NCBI GenBank assembly: GCA_041650995.1
Contig: JBAZJZ010000002.1
Coordinates: forward strand, 77,344 to 141,343
DNA: 64,000 nucleotides
Origin: Patescibacteria group bacterium
GTDB lineage: Bacteria > Patescibacteriota > Patescibacteriia > XYB2-FULL-38-15
Direction: 5' to 3'
This document shows, piece by piece, positions 27,249 to 37,632 of the stretch (positions are counted from its first letter, which is position 1; each line of letters starts with the position of its first letter). The notes under the pieces were generated by a model. It was given only the letters and a program-made list of their open reading frames with translations. It was not told the DNA's origin and ran no database searches. The translations under genes were made by a program, and so were the position numbers.

Positions 27249-27689
27249 CTACCGGCTGGTACCGTCGGGATTCAGGGTGCGAACTTTCACTTCCGGCGGG
27301 GCGATGATCGTGATGACCTTCTTCTCGACAGGTCGTTCTTCGTCGCCGTTCTCGGGTTTCGGAAATTGGCCGTTGACAGAGAGGCGGACGAAGCGTTCGA
27401 GCTTCTGGTCTTTGCCGTGGTCGAGTCGGAAATGCAGGGCACTGATGAGGAACTTCTGTATGGCCCGGAGAGTCATCTTTCCTCGTCCGGCCAGGATACG
27501 ACCGAGCTGGTCGTCGGCATCGATGTTCAGCGTCAGCATCTGATCATCCTCAATTACATTGAGGCGATAGTCGTAGTCTACGCCCTCCTCGACTTCGTCT
27601 TGGTCCAAGAGATCGTAGACCTTCAGAATTTGACGAACGACGGTGATGGCCAGATCCTTGAGACTGGGGGCTTGTACGGGTTCGGTCAT
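27249..27689 (-). CDS. KH-domain-like (KhpA/Jag-like) protein (GC-rich islet)
   Basis: LGRILAGRGKMTLRAIQ resembles G.IIG..G.TL.AIQ; SD AAGGAGG. Confidence 0.55.
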   Translation of the reverse strand: MTEPVQAPSLKDLAITVVRQILKVYDLLDQDEVEEGVDYDYRLNVIEDDQMLTLNIDADDQLGRILAGRGKMTLRAIQKFLISALHFRLDHGKDQKLERFVRLSVNGQFPKPENGDEERPVEKKVITIIAPPEVKVRTLNPDGTSR

Positions 27690-27798
27690 GAGCTTTTCCT
27701 CCTTGGCGCTTTTGCGTTAGCGTCGGTGGTTGGGAGCCAACTAATAAATTTAATATAGAACTTGCTTTTTGTCAAGATTTTCCGTTAAATAGAAGTAT

Positions 27799-28827
27799 AT
27801 GAAGATATTAGGAATAGAAACATCATGTGACGAGACAAGCGCGGCGGTCGTGGAAAGCGACGGCCGAAATTTTGAAGTTAAAAGTAATGTTGTTTCTTCG
27901 CAGATAAAAATTCACGCCAAATACGGCGGAGTGGTGCCAGAGGTGGCGGCGAGAATCCATGTGGAAGCGATTTTGCCGGTGGTGAAAGAGGCGTTGGGCC
28001 CGGATGGGGCGGGAAAAATTGACGCGATTGCCGTGGCGGCTGGTCCGGGATTGATTACGTCGCTTTTGGTGGGAAATGAAACAGCAAAAATTTTATCCTG
28101 GTTTTGGGAAAAACCGCTTGTGGCTCTAAATCACGTGGAAGCACATATTTACGCGAACTGGCTTACCAATAAAAAAATAAAATTTCCGGCGTTATGTCTT
28201 GTGGTGAGTGGGGGACACACAGAATTGATTTTGATGCGTGGACACGGAAAATACGTTATGATTGGTGAGACGCGTGATGACGCGGCAGGAGAATGTTTTG
28301 ATAAGACGGCAAAAATTTTGGGGTTGGGGTATCCGGGTGGACCGGCGATTGCCGCAGAGGCGAAAAAGTTAAAAGTTAAAAGTGAAAAGTTAAAAGTGAA
28401 ATTTCCCAGGCCGATGATAGACACAAAAGATTTTGATTTTTCTTTTTCCGGCTTGAAAACGGCCGTGCTTTATGCTGCGCGAGATTTTAAAAATAAAGAT
28501 GAGCTGGAGGGAATTGTTCCGGCGATGGCGCATGAAGTTCAGGAAGCGATTGTTGATGTACTTGTGGCAAAACTAATTCGGGCGGCAAAAAAATATGAAG
28601 TAAAAACAGTAATGCTCGCTGGGGGCGTTTCGGCGAATAAGAGATTGCGTGAGCGATTTGTGTCCGAGATAGAAAAAGAAATGCCGAGCGTAGATTGGAA
28701 TATTCCAGACTTTGAATATTGTACTGACAACGCGGCTATGGTCGCGGCAGCCGGGTATTTTCATGCCGCGAAAAAAGATTTTACGCCGTGGCAGAAATTA
28801 AAAGTTGATCCAAATTGGGAATTATGA
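27799..28827 (+). CDS. tsaD: tRNA threonylcarbamoyltransferase TsaD
   Basis: ILGIETSCDET, NH.EAH, SGGHT, FSFSGLKTA, TDNAAM. Confidence 0.98.
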   Translation: MKILGIETSCDETSAAVVESDGRNFEVKSNVVSSQIKIHAKYGGVVPEVAARIHVEAILPVVKEALGPDGAGKIDAIAVAAGPGLITSLLVGNETAKILSWFWEKPLVALNHVEAHIYANWLTNKKIKFPALCLVVSGGHTELILMRGHGKYVMIGETRDDAAGECFDKTAKILGLGYPGGPAIAAEAKKLKVKSEKLKVKFPRPMIDTKDFDFSFSGLKTAVLYAARDFKNKDELEGIVPAMAHEVQEAIVDVLVAKLIRAAKKYEVKTVMLAGGVSANKRLRERFVSEIEKEMPSVDWNIPDFEYCTDNAAMVAAAGYFHAAKKDFTPWQKLKVDPNWEL

Positions 28828-29273
28828 AAAAAGTTTTTAAAAATGAAAAAGAAACCTTGGCCTTCGCGGAACGGTTTGCCCAAAAATTGCGCGGAGGAGA
28901 AGTGGTTGCGTTAATTGGTGAGCTTGGCGCAGGGAAAACTGTTTTTGCGAAAGGCATGGCGAGTGGGCTCGGAATAAAAGAGCGAGTGCAGAGTCCGACG
29001 TTTTTGTTGATGAAGATTTATAATGTTCGCCCTTCGACAGGCTTAGGGCATAAAATTAAACACTTGTGTCATGTGGACGCGTATCGGTTGAGTGACGCCG
29101 TTGAATTAGTGGACATTGGAATTTTAGATTGGCTCGGCCGGGCGGATACCGTGGCCGTGATTGAGTGGGCGGACAAAGTTGCGGCGTTGATCCGTGGGAG
29201 AAAAGTGATAAAAATAAAAATGAAGTTGGGAGGGGGGGAGGAGAAGAGAAAAGTTGAAGTAATTAGTAATTAG
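28824..29273 (+). CDS. tsaE: t6A biosynthesis ATPase TsaE
   Basis: GELGAGKT, VQSPTF, HVDAYR, IEWA. Confidence 0.96.
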   Translation: MKKVFKNEKETLAFAERFAQKLRGGEVVALIGELGAGKTVFAKGMASGLGIKERVQSPTFLLMKIYNVRPSTGLGHKIKHLCHVDAYRLSDAVELVDIGILDWLGRADTVAVIEWADKVAALIRGRKVIKIKMKLGGGEEKRKVEVISN

Positions 29274-29423
29274 TGATTAGTGATTGAGAACCTCTCGCGG
29301 GTTTTTTATTTTAAAAAATTATCGTTGGGGCGAAGTCCTGAATTTCTCGGCACACTTTGCTTGCTCGAAGAATATAAAAAGAACAGCCATCTTGGCTGTC
29401 TTTGTTGTTTTATGACGTTTTAT

Positions 29424-31151
29424 TTACTCCGCTGCTTCGAAAATTTCGGAAACGGAGGTGACTCCGGCTAGGGCTTTTAATAAACCATCTTGAACCATGG
29501 TCACCATGCCGGCTTTGGTCGCGATATCTTGCATTTGGTATTCGGAAATTTCTCCGGATAAAATTATTTTTTCAATTTCCGCGCTCATAATCATAATTTC
29601 GTAAATTCCGATGCGGCCTTTGTAGCCGAGGTTATTGCATTCCGGACAGCCGACGCCGCGCGAGAATTTTAAATTTTCCAAATCAACTTTATATTTTTCC
29701 TTAACTTCCGTTGGCAGGGCTTCAAGAATTTTTTTTACGCGCCCCAAAGTTTCCGCGTCTAATTTATCTTCCACTTTGCAATTTTCGCAAATCTTTCTAA
29801 CCAAGCGCTGGCCAATCACGGCGTTTAGAGCCGGGGCAAGCAAAAATGGTTTAACGCCCATGGACATAAATCTTGGAATCGCCCCTGAGGCGCTATTTGT
29901 ATGAATGGTGGAAATTACCAAGTGCCCGGTGAGCGCCGCCTGAATAGCAATGTCCGCAGTTTCAATATCACGGATTTCACCGACCATGACTACGTCCGGG
30001 TCTTGGCGCAAAATTGATTTTAAACCTTTGGCAAAAGTATAGTCGCGGGAATAATCAACTTGGCTTTGATTAATGCCGGCCAATTTATATTCTACTGGAT
30101 CTTCCAAGGTAATAATTTTTACGCCCGGCTCGTTTAGTTTATTTAAAATAGCGTAAAGAGTAGTGGTTTTACCAGAGCCAGTCGGACCGGTTGTGATAAT
30201 CATGCCATTCGGCCGTTCGGTCTGGGCTTTAAGTTGTGAAAAGGCCGGTTCCCAAAGGCCAAGGCCGTCAAAACCAAGTCCGGCAGCGGAGGGCATTAGC
30301 AAGCGCATGACAACTGATTCGCCGTAGGATGTCGGGAGGCAGGAAACGCGGACATCAATTTTTCCGTCTTTAACAAAAATCGTGAAGCGGCCGTCTTGGG
30401 GAATGTCCGTGACATTAATCTTTAATCCGGAAAGAAGTTTGATGCGAGAAATGACTTTTGACCACTGCTCTTTGGGCAGGGCGGCGGCATCTGCCAAAAC
30501 GCCGTCAACGCGAAAACGAATTTTTATATCTTTTTCTTCAGCTTCAATATGGATATCAGAAGAACGAGCCGTGATTGAAGCGGCAATGACCATGGTGACA
30601 ATGTCTGTTATATTGGCTTTCTGGATTTTTTCGTGAAGGTCTTTGAAATTTTTTATTTCCGCGGAAAATTTTTGTAAATCCGCTTCGGAAATTTCCACTC
30701 CGCTCACAATTTTTTTAATTGTGGGCAAAGCCGTGTAAAGTTTAAAAGCTAAATTAAAACTATGTTTCGAAATCAGATAGATTTCGCCGTGACTATGGAA
30801 TTTATCTTCAAGCGAAAGTAAAATTTCTTTAATTTGTTCTTGGTTCGGATCAACTGCGCCGATTCGGATTTCCGTGCCCGTATTTAAAAAACAAATAATT
30901 TTTAGTTTTTCCGCTATTTCCTTAGGGACAGAAGTAAGGGTTTCCGGACTAATAGGAAAACCCTTCAAATTGATGTAGGGAAAATTTAATTCAGCCGCCT
31001 TGGCTTGGGCGATTTTTTCTTTTTCTTTCAGAGCGATTTCGGTCATTTTCTCTTCAAATTTTTCCTGTGTTTCTTCCGAAGCAGCCTGGGGCGCGGGGGA
31101 ACCGGCGCCAGAGTATTGCTTTAGAAGGTCATCAATTGATGGGTTTGCCAT
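29424..31151 (-). CDS. Type IV pilus/T2SS assembly ATPase (PilB/GspE family)
   Basis: SDIHIE, PQDGR, GPTGSGKTTT, LRQDPD, tetra-Cys motif. Confidence 0.95.
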   Translation of the reverse strand: MANPSIDDLLKQYSGAGSPAPQAASEETQEKFEEKMTEIALKEKEKIAQAKAAELNFPYINLKGFPISPETLTSVPKEIAEKLKIICFLNTGTEIRIGAVDPNQEQIKEILLSLEDKFHSHGEIYLISKHSFNLAFKLYTALPTIKKIVSGVEISEADLQKFSAEIKNFKDLHEKIQKANITDIVTMVIAASITARSSDIHIEAEEKDIKIRFRVDGVLADAAALPKEQWSKVISRIKLLSGLKINVTDIPQDGRFTIFVKDGKIDVRVSCLPTSYGESVVMRLLMPSAAGLGFDGLGLWEPAFSQLKAQTERPNGMIITTGPTGSGKTTTLYAILNKLNEPGVKIITLEDPVEYKLAGINQSQVDYSRDYTFAKGLKSILRQDPDVVMVGEIRDIETADIAIQAALTGHLVISTIHTNSASGAIPRFMSMGVKPFLLAPALNAVIGQRLVRKICENCKVEDKLDAETLGRVKKILEALPTEVKEKYKVDLENLKFSRGVGCPECNNLGYKGRIGIYEIMIMSAEIEKIILSGEISEYQMQDIATKAGMVTMVQDGLLKALAGVTSVSEIFEAAE

Positions 31152-31166
31152 GGTAAAATTATATTT

Positions 31167-32171
31167 TTATTTTCTGATGCCTACAAATCTTAGTAATTTG
31201 CTCCAGATTTTTTTCTTGTTTATTTCCATAAAAAGCAATGTCCAGGATGAAAACTGGAAAGTAGAAAGAATGGCTCCGGCAAAGAACAAGGCGACGAACC
31301 AACCCAAGGTGGCAAGAAAACCAATCAACCAAAAGCCGATTGAGAGTTCCAAATAAGAAAAAGCAAAAAGCAACAGAGCGACAGGAATCATGTATAGGAG
31401 AGTGAAGAGTATTAAACCGATTCCCGCGGCGATCGTGATTAAGAAAAGTAAAATAGCCATTTCAATGGAGATTAGCCAGTTCCTTACAAACATTTTCCAA
31501 CTTAATCTGATTGATTCAACAAACGGTTTATTTTCCATAATTACAAAGCAGGTCGCGTAAACAGCCATAAAAGAGATGAAGAGCGCCAGAGAGGTGAAAA
31601 CAACAAAAGCTAAAATATAAAGAAATAAGTTTAATCCAACATTTCCGCCCTGGCCGGTAAGGAATAACATGGCAGGAATAGTGATCAGAACAAGCAGGCC
31701 AAAGGTGATGGCCTTGGAGAGAAGGTTAAGACCAAGAACGGGCCAGAAATATTTTTTTCCTTCTGCCCAACCTTCGCGTAAACCGGTTTTTTTGCGGCTC
31801 GCGATTTTTCTCACCGAAGAGATGAGCGCGCCGCGCGAAGTTACGATAACCCAGATTAAAAACGCCAAAGCAGCCAAGATTACAAAGAAGAGAACCCAGA
31901 GCAAACTCACGAAAAGAGGCGAACGGACATAAATGTCTTCAAGGCGGGGGAAGGATAAAAATTCGGTGAGCCAAAGCCATTTTGACGTCATGAGAGTTGC
32001 TTCGCCTTCTGAGACAATACGCCCGAAACCCTTGATTAAAATTTCGTAAATTCCACCGTTCCCGGCTAATGCCGCAAAAAGTCCGAAAATCCACAGGAAC
32101 CGATTTTGTTTTGTAATTTCCCAGGCCTTTTTGAAGATAGGCCGGTAAACTTGCGTTGGTTTTTTAAACAT
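31167..32171 (-). CDS. Hypothetical multi-pass membrane protein
   Basis: About six TM segments; AW......LW.FG.FA start. Confidence 0.75.
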   Translation of the reverse strand: MFKKPTQVYRPIFKKAWEITKQNRFLWIFGLFAALAGNGGIYEILIKGFGRIVSEGEATLMTSKWLWLTEFLSFPRLEDIYVRSPLFVSLLWVLFFVILAALAFLIWVIVTSRGALISSVRKIASRKKTGLREGWAEGKKYFWPVLGLNLLSKAITFGLLVLITIPAMLFLTGQGGNVGLNLFLYILAFVVFTSLALFISFMAVYATCFVIMENKPFVESIRLSWKMFVRNWLISIEMAILLFLITIAAGIGLILFTLLYMIPVALLLFAFSYLELSIGFWLIGFLATLGWFVALFFAGAILSTFQFSSWTLLFMEINKKKIWSKLLRFVGIRK

Positions 32172-32204
32172 ATTTCCCCCTTGAACACAATTGTCTTGTG
32201 TTCG

Positions 32205-34016
32205 TTATTTAAATATTGCTTCAAACGCTTCTTTTTCAATAGTTTCCTTTTCAAGCAAAATTTTCACAATTTCTTCAAGTTTATTTTTCTTTTTTCTGAT
32301 TATTTCCAGAGCTGTTTTTGCGGCTTCGGAAATTAAATGGTTGATTTCTTGATCAATCGTTTCGGCAACCTTTTCACTATAATCGCGCTGTTCGTGGATT
32401 TCCCGACCAAGGAAAATCATTTCTTCCTTTTCACCAAAAGTTCTGGCTCCAAGTTTTTCACTCATGCCAAATTCGGTAATGAGACGGCGGGCGAGCCGCG
32501 TAGCTTGGCGCAAGTCGGACGAAGCACCGGTCGTGACTTCACCAAAAATTTCTTTTTCCACGGTGTGGCCAGCGAGCATTACGGCAAGGTCATCAATAAA
32601 CTCAGAGCGGCTGTGCAAGTGTTTATCTTCTGTCGGAAGTTTTAAAGTATAGCCAGCGGCGCGGCCGCGAGAAATGATAGACACTTTATGGACCGGATCG
32701 GCATGTGGTAATTCGTGGGCCACGAGGGCGTGGCCTGCTTCATGGTAGGCAGTAATATTTCTTTCTTTATCTGATAAAAGATGGCTTTTTCTTTCTGGTC
32801 CAAGCATAACTTTTTCTACGCTTTCTCTGATTTCATCCATGCCAATTTGAGTTTTGTTCCGTCGGGCGGAAAGAATCGCTGCTTCGTTTAAGAGGTTTGC
32901 GAGGTCGGCGCCGGAAAAACCAGGCGTCCGCTCGGCAATTTTTCTTAAATTAACATCCGTGGCGATGGGTTTTCCTTTAGTATGAATTTTCAAAATTGCT
33001 TCACGGTCGTTGATATCTGGTTCATCTAAAATTACCCGTCGGTCAAATCTGCCAGGGCGCAAAAGCGCTGGATCCAAAACATCGGGACGATTTGTGGCGG
33101 CTAAAATAATGACTCCGGAGTTTGCTTCAAAGCCGTCCATCTCTACCAGTATTTGGTTTAGAGTTTGTTCGCGTTCGTCGTGGCTTCCGCCCAATCCCGT
33201 GCCGCGTTGTCGGCCGACGGCGTCGAGTTCGTCAATAAAAATTATGCATGGCGCGCTTTTTTTCGCTTTTTGGAAAAGATCGCGAACTCTCGCCGCGCCC
33301 ACGCCGACAAACATTTCCACAAATTCAGAACCGGAGATGCTAAAAAACGGAACATTGGCTTCTCCAGCCACGGCCTTGGCGAGTAAAGTTTTTCCCGTGC
33401 CTGGCGAACCCATCAATAAAACTCCTTTGGGAATTTTCGCTCCAAGCTGCATGAATTTTTTTGAATTTTTTAAAAATTCAACTACTTCCCAAAGTTCTTC
33501 CTTGGCTTCTTTGACACCAGCCACATCTTTAAAAGTCACGCGATTTTTGGAATTTTTTGGAGCTTCTCTCGCGCCGGATTGGCCAAAGCTCATGGCTTTG
33601 GTGTTCGCCCCCTGAACTTGGCGCATCATATAATAAATTAAAGCTATGACGACAATCAGTGGGAGGAGAAAGGGGAGAAGGGCGTTCAGCCAATAACTCC
33701 AGCCCGATTCTTCTTTAACTTCAATGCTGATACTTTTTATTTTTTCCGGATCAGCGTTGTAATTTTTAAAAACTTCGCCCAAGGTTTCATTTGTTTCTTT
33801 GCGCAGAGTTTCAAGATTACCGCTGGTTAGGGTAATGTTTAATTTGTCTCCTTCGATAGAAATTTTTTGGATATCGCCGGCGTTAATTTGTTCCACAAAT
33901 TTTTGCAGGTCAATATTTTCCACTTTTTTCGCGGACAAAGTCAGAGTGCTAAAAATTCCCGTGATGACAAGGAATACAATGACGGCGATGATAAAATTTT
34001 TGGCAAGGTTTTTCAT
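32205..34016 (-). CDS. ftsH: ATP-dependent zinc metalloprotease FtsH
   Basis: Two TM, G.PGTGKT, HEAGH. Confidence 0.98.
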   Translation of the reverse strand: MKNLAKNFIIAVIVFLVITGIFSTLTLSAKKVENIDLQKFVEQINAGDIQKISIEGDKLNITLTSGNLETLRKETNETLGEVFKNYNADPEKIKSISIEVKEESGWSYWLNALLPFLLPLIVVIALIYYMMRQVQGANTKAMSFGQSGAREAPKNSKNRVTFKDVAGVKEAKEELWEVVEFLKNSKKFMQLGAKIPKGVLLMGSPGTGKTLLAKAVAGEANVPFFSISGSEFVEMFVGVGAARVRDLFQKAKKSAPCIIFIDELDAVGRQRGTGLGGSHDEREQTLNQILVEMDGFEANSGVIILAATNRPDVLDPALLRPGRFDRRVILDEPDINDREAILKIHTKGKPIATDVNLRKIAERTPGFSGADLANLLNEAAILSARRNKTQIGMDEIRESVEKVMLGPERKSHLLSDKERNITAYHEAGHALVAHELPHADPVHKVSIISRGRAAGYTLKLPTEDKHLHSRSEFIDDLAVMLAGHTVEKEIFGEVTTGASSDLRQATRLARRLITEFGMSEKLGARTFGEKEEMIFLGREIHEQRDYSEKVAETIDQEINHLISEAAKTALEIIRKKKNKLEEIVKILLEKETIEKEAFEAIFK

Positions 34017-34118
34017 ATATTTATTTATAATGATTATAACATAAGAATTGATAATTAACAATTGATCTAAGAGTCGCCTTGACATAAGGGTATTTTTGAG
34101 TTACTCTTATTAGAGAAT

Positions 34119-34685
34119 ATGGAAAATAATTCTGACGAAAAATTAATAAGACAATATTTAAAAGGTGATAAAGAGTCGCTCGAAATTTTGGTTAAAAAAT
34201 ATTTAAAACCAGTTTATAGTTTTGTTCGTTATTTGGTGGGCGATGATATTAGCGCCGAAGATATTACTCAGGAAGTTTTTGTTAGGGCATGGAAAAATTT
34301 AAAAAAATTTGATATAAAAAAGAATTTTAAAACCTGGATTTTTAGCATTGCAAAAAACGCTGCAGTGGATTATTTAAGGAAGAAAAAAGCCGTGCCGTTT
34401 TCGGCGTTTGATAATGATGACGGCGGAAACATGATTGCCGAGACACTTACTGATCCAGCACCGCTTCCTAGCGAGACAACTGAGCAGGCCGATACGGCTC
34501 ATCTGCTCCGAGCCGCAATGAAAAATTTGTCGGAAAATCATCAGACAGTTCTTTATTTAAAATATTATAGTTGTCTGACTTTCAAAAAAATTTCTGAATT
34601 AACCGGCGTTCCGCTTCATACCGCCAAAAGCCGTCATCGCCGGGCGCTGGCCGCTCTTCGCGACGCTCTTACCGAAATTTTGTAA
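34119..34685 (+). CDS. ECF-type RNA polymerase sigma factor
   Basis: AEDITQEVF, FKTWIF.IA.N..VDYLRK, region 4 HTH. Confidence 0.93.
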   Translation: MENNSDEKLIRQYLKGDKESLEILVKKYLKPVYSFVRYLVGDDISAEDITQEVFVRAWKNLKKFDIKKNFKTWIFSIAKNAAVDYLRKKKAVPFSAFDNDDGGNMIAETLTDPAPLPSETTEQADTAHLLRAAMKNLSENHQTVLYLKYYSCLTFKKISELTGVPLHTAKSRHRRALAALRDALTEIL

Positions 34686-34709
34686 AAATATTATTTTAAT
34701 AGGAAGGGA

Positions 34710-34738
34710 TGCACCAAAATGCATCCTTTTTTCGTATA
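34710..34738 (+). promoter_or_regulatory. Putative ECF-dependent promoter
   Basis: TGCACC-N17-CGTATA directly after the sigma gene, within the palindrome GGATGCA/TGCATCC. Confidence 0.4.
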
Positions 34739-34756
34739 ACAATAATAGGGATAAAT

Positions 34757-35173
34757 ATGGATAAAAATTTAGGAAAAATTTCAGAAAAATTTAATTTGGT
34801 CGAACCGCCGGCCGGGCTTTTTGATAGAATAATGTGTCGGATAGAAAAGGAAAATAAACTTTTGAATCTTCGGAGAAGAATTATAATTTTTTCTATCAGC
34901 CTTATCGGATCGGCCATTGCTTTTATTCCGGTTTTTGCTTATGTGCGATCGGGTTTTATTGAATCGGGATTTTTTGCATTTTTTTCTCTGATTTTTTCCG
35001 ATACGAAAATCGTTTTGGTATATTGGCAAAATTTTGCCCAGTCTCTGCTCGAAACGCTTCCTGTGATGGGACTTGTTTCATTTTTGGCGGTTGTAGCGGT
35101 ATTTTTGGAATCGTTAAAGATACTGGTTCGCGATTTAAAAATTTTTTATAATTCAAAATTAAGAAAGGCTTAA
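34757..35173 (+). CDS. Putative membrane anti-sigma factor
   Basis: EPP.GL..RIM motif followed by TM helices; directly downstream of the ECF gene. Confidence 0.6.
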   Translation: MDKNLGKISEKFNLVEPPAGLFDRIMCRIEKENKLLNLRRRIIIFSISLIGSAIAFIPVFAYVRSGFIESGFFAFFSLIFSDTKIVLVYWQNFAQSLLETLPVMGLVSFLAVVAVFLESLKILVRDLKIFYNSKLRKA

Positions 35174-35177
35174 AAAT

Positions 35178-35663
35178 ATGGATATCAATAAAATTTTTCA
35201 GTCAAAAATTTTTCAGGGAATAATTCTAGGTCTAGCGGCGCTTGTTGTATTGCTTTTTGTGTTTAAAGTGGGTATGGCCGTAGGAATTAAAAAGGCAGAT
35301 TTTTCTTGCCGATGGAGTGACAATTATCATCAAAATTTTGGCGGACCGCGGGGAGGTTTTTGGGGAGGGTTTAACGATAAAGATTTTTTAGAATCCAACG
35401 GAACGGTCGGACAAATAATTAAAATTGAAGGAGAAACATTGGTCGTCCGGGGGCGAGGAGATGTAGAAAAAATTATTGTCACAAATAATGATACGATTAT
35501 CAAGCGTTTGCAGGACACAATTAAAGTTTCAGACTTAAAACTTGACGAGAATATTATTACGATTGGCGAATCAAACGAAACTGGTCAAATAGAAGCTAAG
35601 TTAATTAGAGTAATGCCTTCACCACCAATGCCTCTTCCGGGGTTGGCTCCGAGAAAATTTTAA
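35178..35663 (+). CDS. Membrane-anchored OB-fold-like hypothetical protein
   Basis: TM plus G.I..I....L.V, T.I, DLK motifs like the DUF5666-type gene at 39585. Confidence 0.65.
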   Translation: MDINKIFQSKIFQGIILGLAALVVLLFVFKVGMAVGIKKADFSCRWSDNYHQNFGGPRGGFWGGFNDKDFLESNGTVGQIIKIEGETLVVRGRGDVEKIIVTNNDTIIKRLQDTIKVSDLKLDENIITIGESNETGQIEAKLIRVMPSPPMPLPGLAPRKF

Positions 35664-35672
35664 ATAAAAAAT

Positions 35673-37613
35673 ATGATTAAAAAAATTTCCGAGCATGTTT
35701 TAAAAAGAAAAGGCGTTTATAGTTTAGTCGCCATTGTTTTGGCAACTGGCGGATATTTCGGAGCCCAGACCCTGAAGGATGATACGGCAGAAACCAAATA
35801 TGTTTTGGCCGCTGCGGAAAAAGGAACCCTTATTTCCTCTGTTTCTGGCACGGGGCAGATTTCCGCGTCTAATCAAGTTGATATCAAACCAAAAACTTCG
35901 GGGGAGGTTATTTCTGTGTCAATAAAAAAGGGCCAAGAAGTAAAATCTGGAGAAATCATTGTTAAGCTTAACGCTCAAGATGCTTATCGAGATATCCGCG
36001 ATGCTCAGGACAGCTTGGAAAGCGCGGAGCTTTCCCTTGAAAGATTAAAAGAACCGGAAAGCGATTACTCTATTTTACAGGCTGAAAATGCGCTTGCTTC
36101 AGCAAAAAATAATTTGGAGAAATTAAAATTATCGCAAGAAGCGGAATATAAAAAAGCTGAAGAAGAGAAAGCTGACGCAGAAAAAAATATTGATGAAGGT
36201 TACGAAGATGCTCTTGATATAATTTCAGACGTTTTTTTGGATTTACCAAACGTAATCGCTGGCCTTAATGCCGCGCTTTATGGTTATGAAATTAGTGACC
36301 ACCAGGCGACAGTGGGGGGCAGGCAAGACAACACCAGCGCGCTTTTTTCCACGACAAACGTAGACGCGAGAGATAGTCTTTGGGTTTTTAAAAATAAGGC
36401 CGAGAGTAATTATAAAAAAGCTCGCGAAAAATACGAGGAAAGTTATGAAATTTATAAAAATATTGACCAAGACTCAGAACGGGAAGCGATAGAAGAATTG
36501 TTCCGTAAAACTTTGGATACTACCAAGGCCGTTGCCGAAGCGATAAAAAGTGAAATTAGCTATCTCGCGAGTTGGGTTGATTTTAGGACAGAAATGAAGT
36601 GGGAAATATTTCCAGAAGTGGAGTCTTACCAAAAAAATATTTCCGGCTACCTTAGTCAAACTAACGGAAACACCTCTAGTTTAACTTCAATTCAAAGAAC
36701 GATTGATAATAATTTTGAAGCAGTGGAAGACGCGATCCGTGAAATTGAGGAAATGGGGAAAACTAATCCCTTGGATATTGCCGCGGCAGAAGCGACTATT
36801 AAAGAAAGAGAGGCATCCCTAAAAAATTTAAAGACCGGACCAGATGCATTAGATTTGCGCTCAGCAGAACTCTCGGTGCGGCAACGCAGAGAAGCGCTCG
36901 CTGAAGCTCGCGCTCAATTAGCTGATTACGTAGTAAAGGCTCCGTTTAGTGGTGTTGTTGCTGAGGTCAATGTTGAAATCGGCGATTCGGTTTCTTCAGG
37001 AACCGCAATCGCGACGCTTATTACCAAACAGCGTATAGCGGAAATTTCCCTAAACGAAGTGGATGCCGCGAAAGTTAAGATTGGCCAGAAAGTGACCTTA
37101 ACTTTTGATGCCGTAAGCGATTTAACTTTAACCGGTGAAGTTGCGGAAATGGACGCGCTCGGAACCGTTACGCAGGGAGTTGTTAGTTACAATATAAAAA
37201 TTATTTTTGACACGCAAGATGAAAGAGTAAAACCGGGAATGAGCGTTTCCGCTTCAATTGTCACTGATCTTCGACAAGACGCCATATTAGTTCCAAATGC
37301 AGCTGTTAAGTCTTCGGGGGGAATATCTTATGTGGAAATGCCAGATGAAATTATCGTAGATGAAATTTACAGCAGCGTTGGCGGCATTATTCTTAAAAAT
37401 TCTCCACGTCGACAAGTAGTTGAAGTTGGTCTAGCTAACGACGCATACACAGAAATTATAAGTGGACTTAGCGCAGGAGACCAAATTATTTTGAGAACGG
37501 TCACCTCGTCAACATCAAGTACGTCGTCTGGTTCGTCCGGAACTCAAATTAAAACAGGAGGCAGCACCTTTCTTGATATGGGAGGAGGGGCGCCGGCGAT
37601 GGGAGGAAGGTAA
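35673..37613 (+). CDS. MacA-like periplasmic adaptor (HlyD family) with long helical insert
   Basis: VSGTG, lipoyl half-motifs, KAPFSG, KPGMS. Confidence 0.9.
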   Translation: MIKKISEHVLKRKGVYSLVAIVLATGGYFGAQTLKDDTAETKYVLAAAEKGTLISSVSGTGQISASNQVDIKPKTSGEVISVSIKKGQEVKSGEIIVKLNAQDAYRDIRDAQDSLESAELSLERLKEPESDYSILQAENALASAKNNLEKLKLSQEAEYKKAEEEKADAEKNIDEGYEDALDIISDVFLDLPNVIAGLNAALYGYEISDHQATVGGRQDNTSALFSTTNVDARDSLWVFKNKAESNYKKAREKYEESYEIYKNIDQDSEREAIEELFRKTLDTTKAVAEAIKSEISYLASWVDFRTEMKWEIFPEVESYQKNISGYLSQTNGNTSSLTSIQRTIDNNFEAVEDAIREIEEMGKTNPLDIAAAEATIKEREASLKNLKTGPDALDLRSAELSVRQRREALAEARAQLADYVVKAPFSGVVAEVNVEIGDSVSSGTAIATLITKQRIAEISLNEVDAAKVKIGQKVTLTFDAVSDLTLTGEVAEMDALGTVTQGVVSYNIKIIFDTQDERVKPGMSVSASIVTDLRQDAILVPNAAVKSSGGISYVEMPDEIIVDEIYSSVGGIILKNSPRRQVVEVGLANDAYTEIISGLSAGDQIILRTVTSSTSSTSSGSSGTQIKTGGSTFLDMGGGAPAMGGR

Positions 37614-37632
37614 TCGGGTACTGACACGCGTT

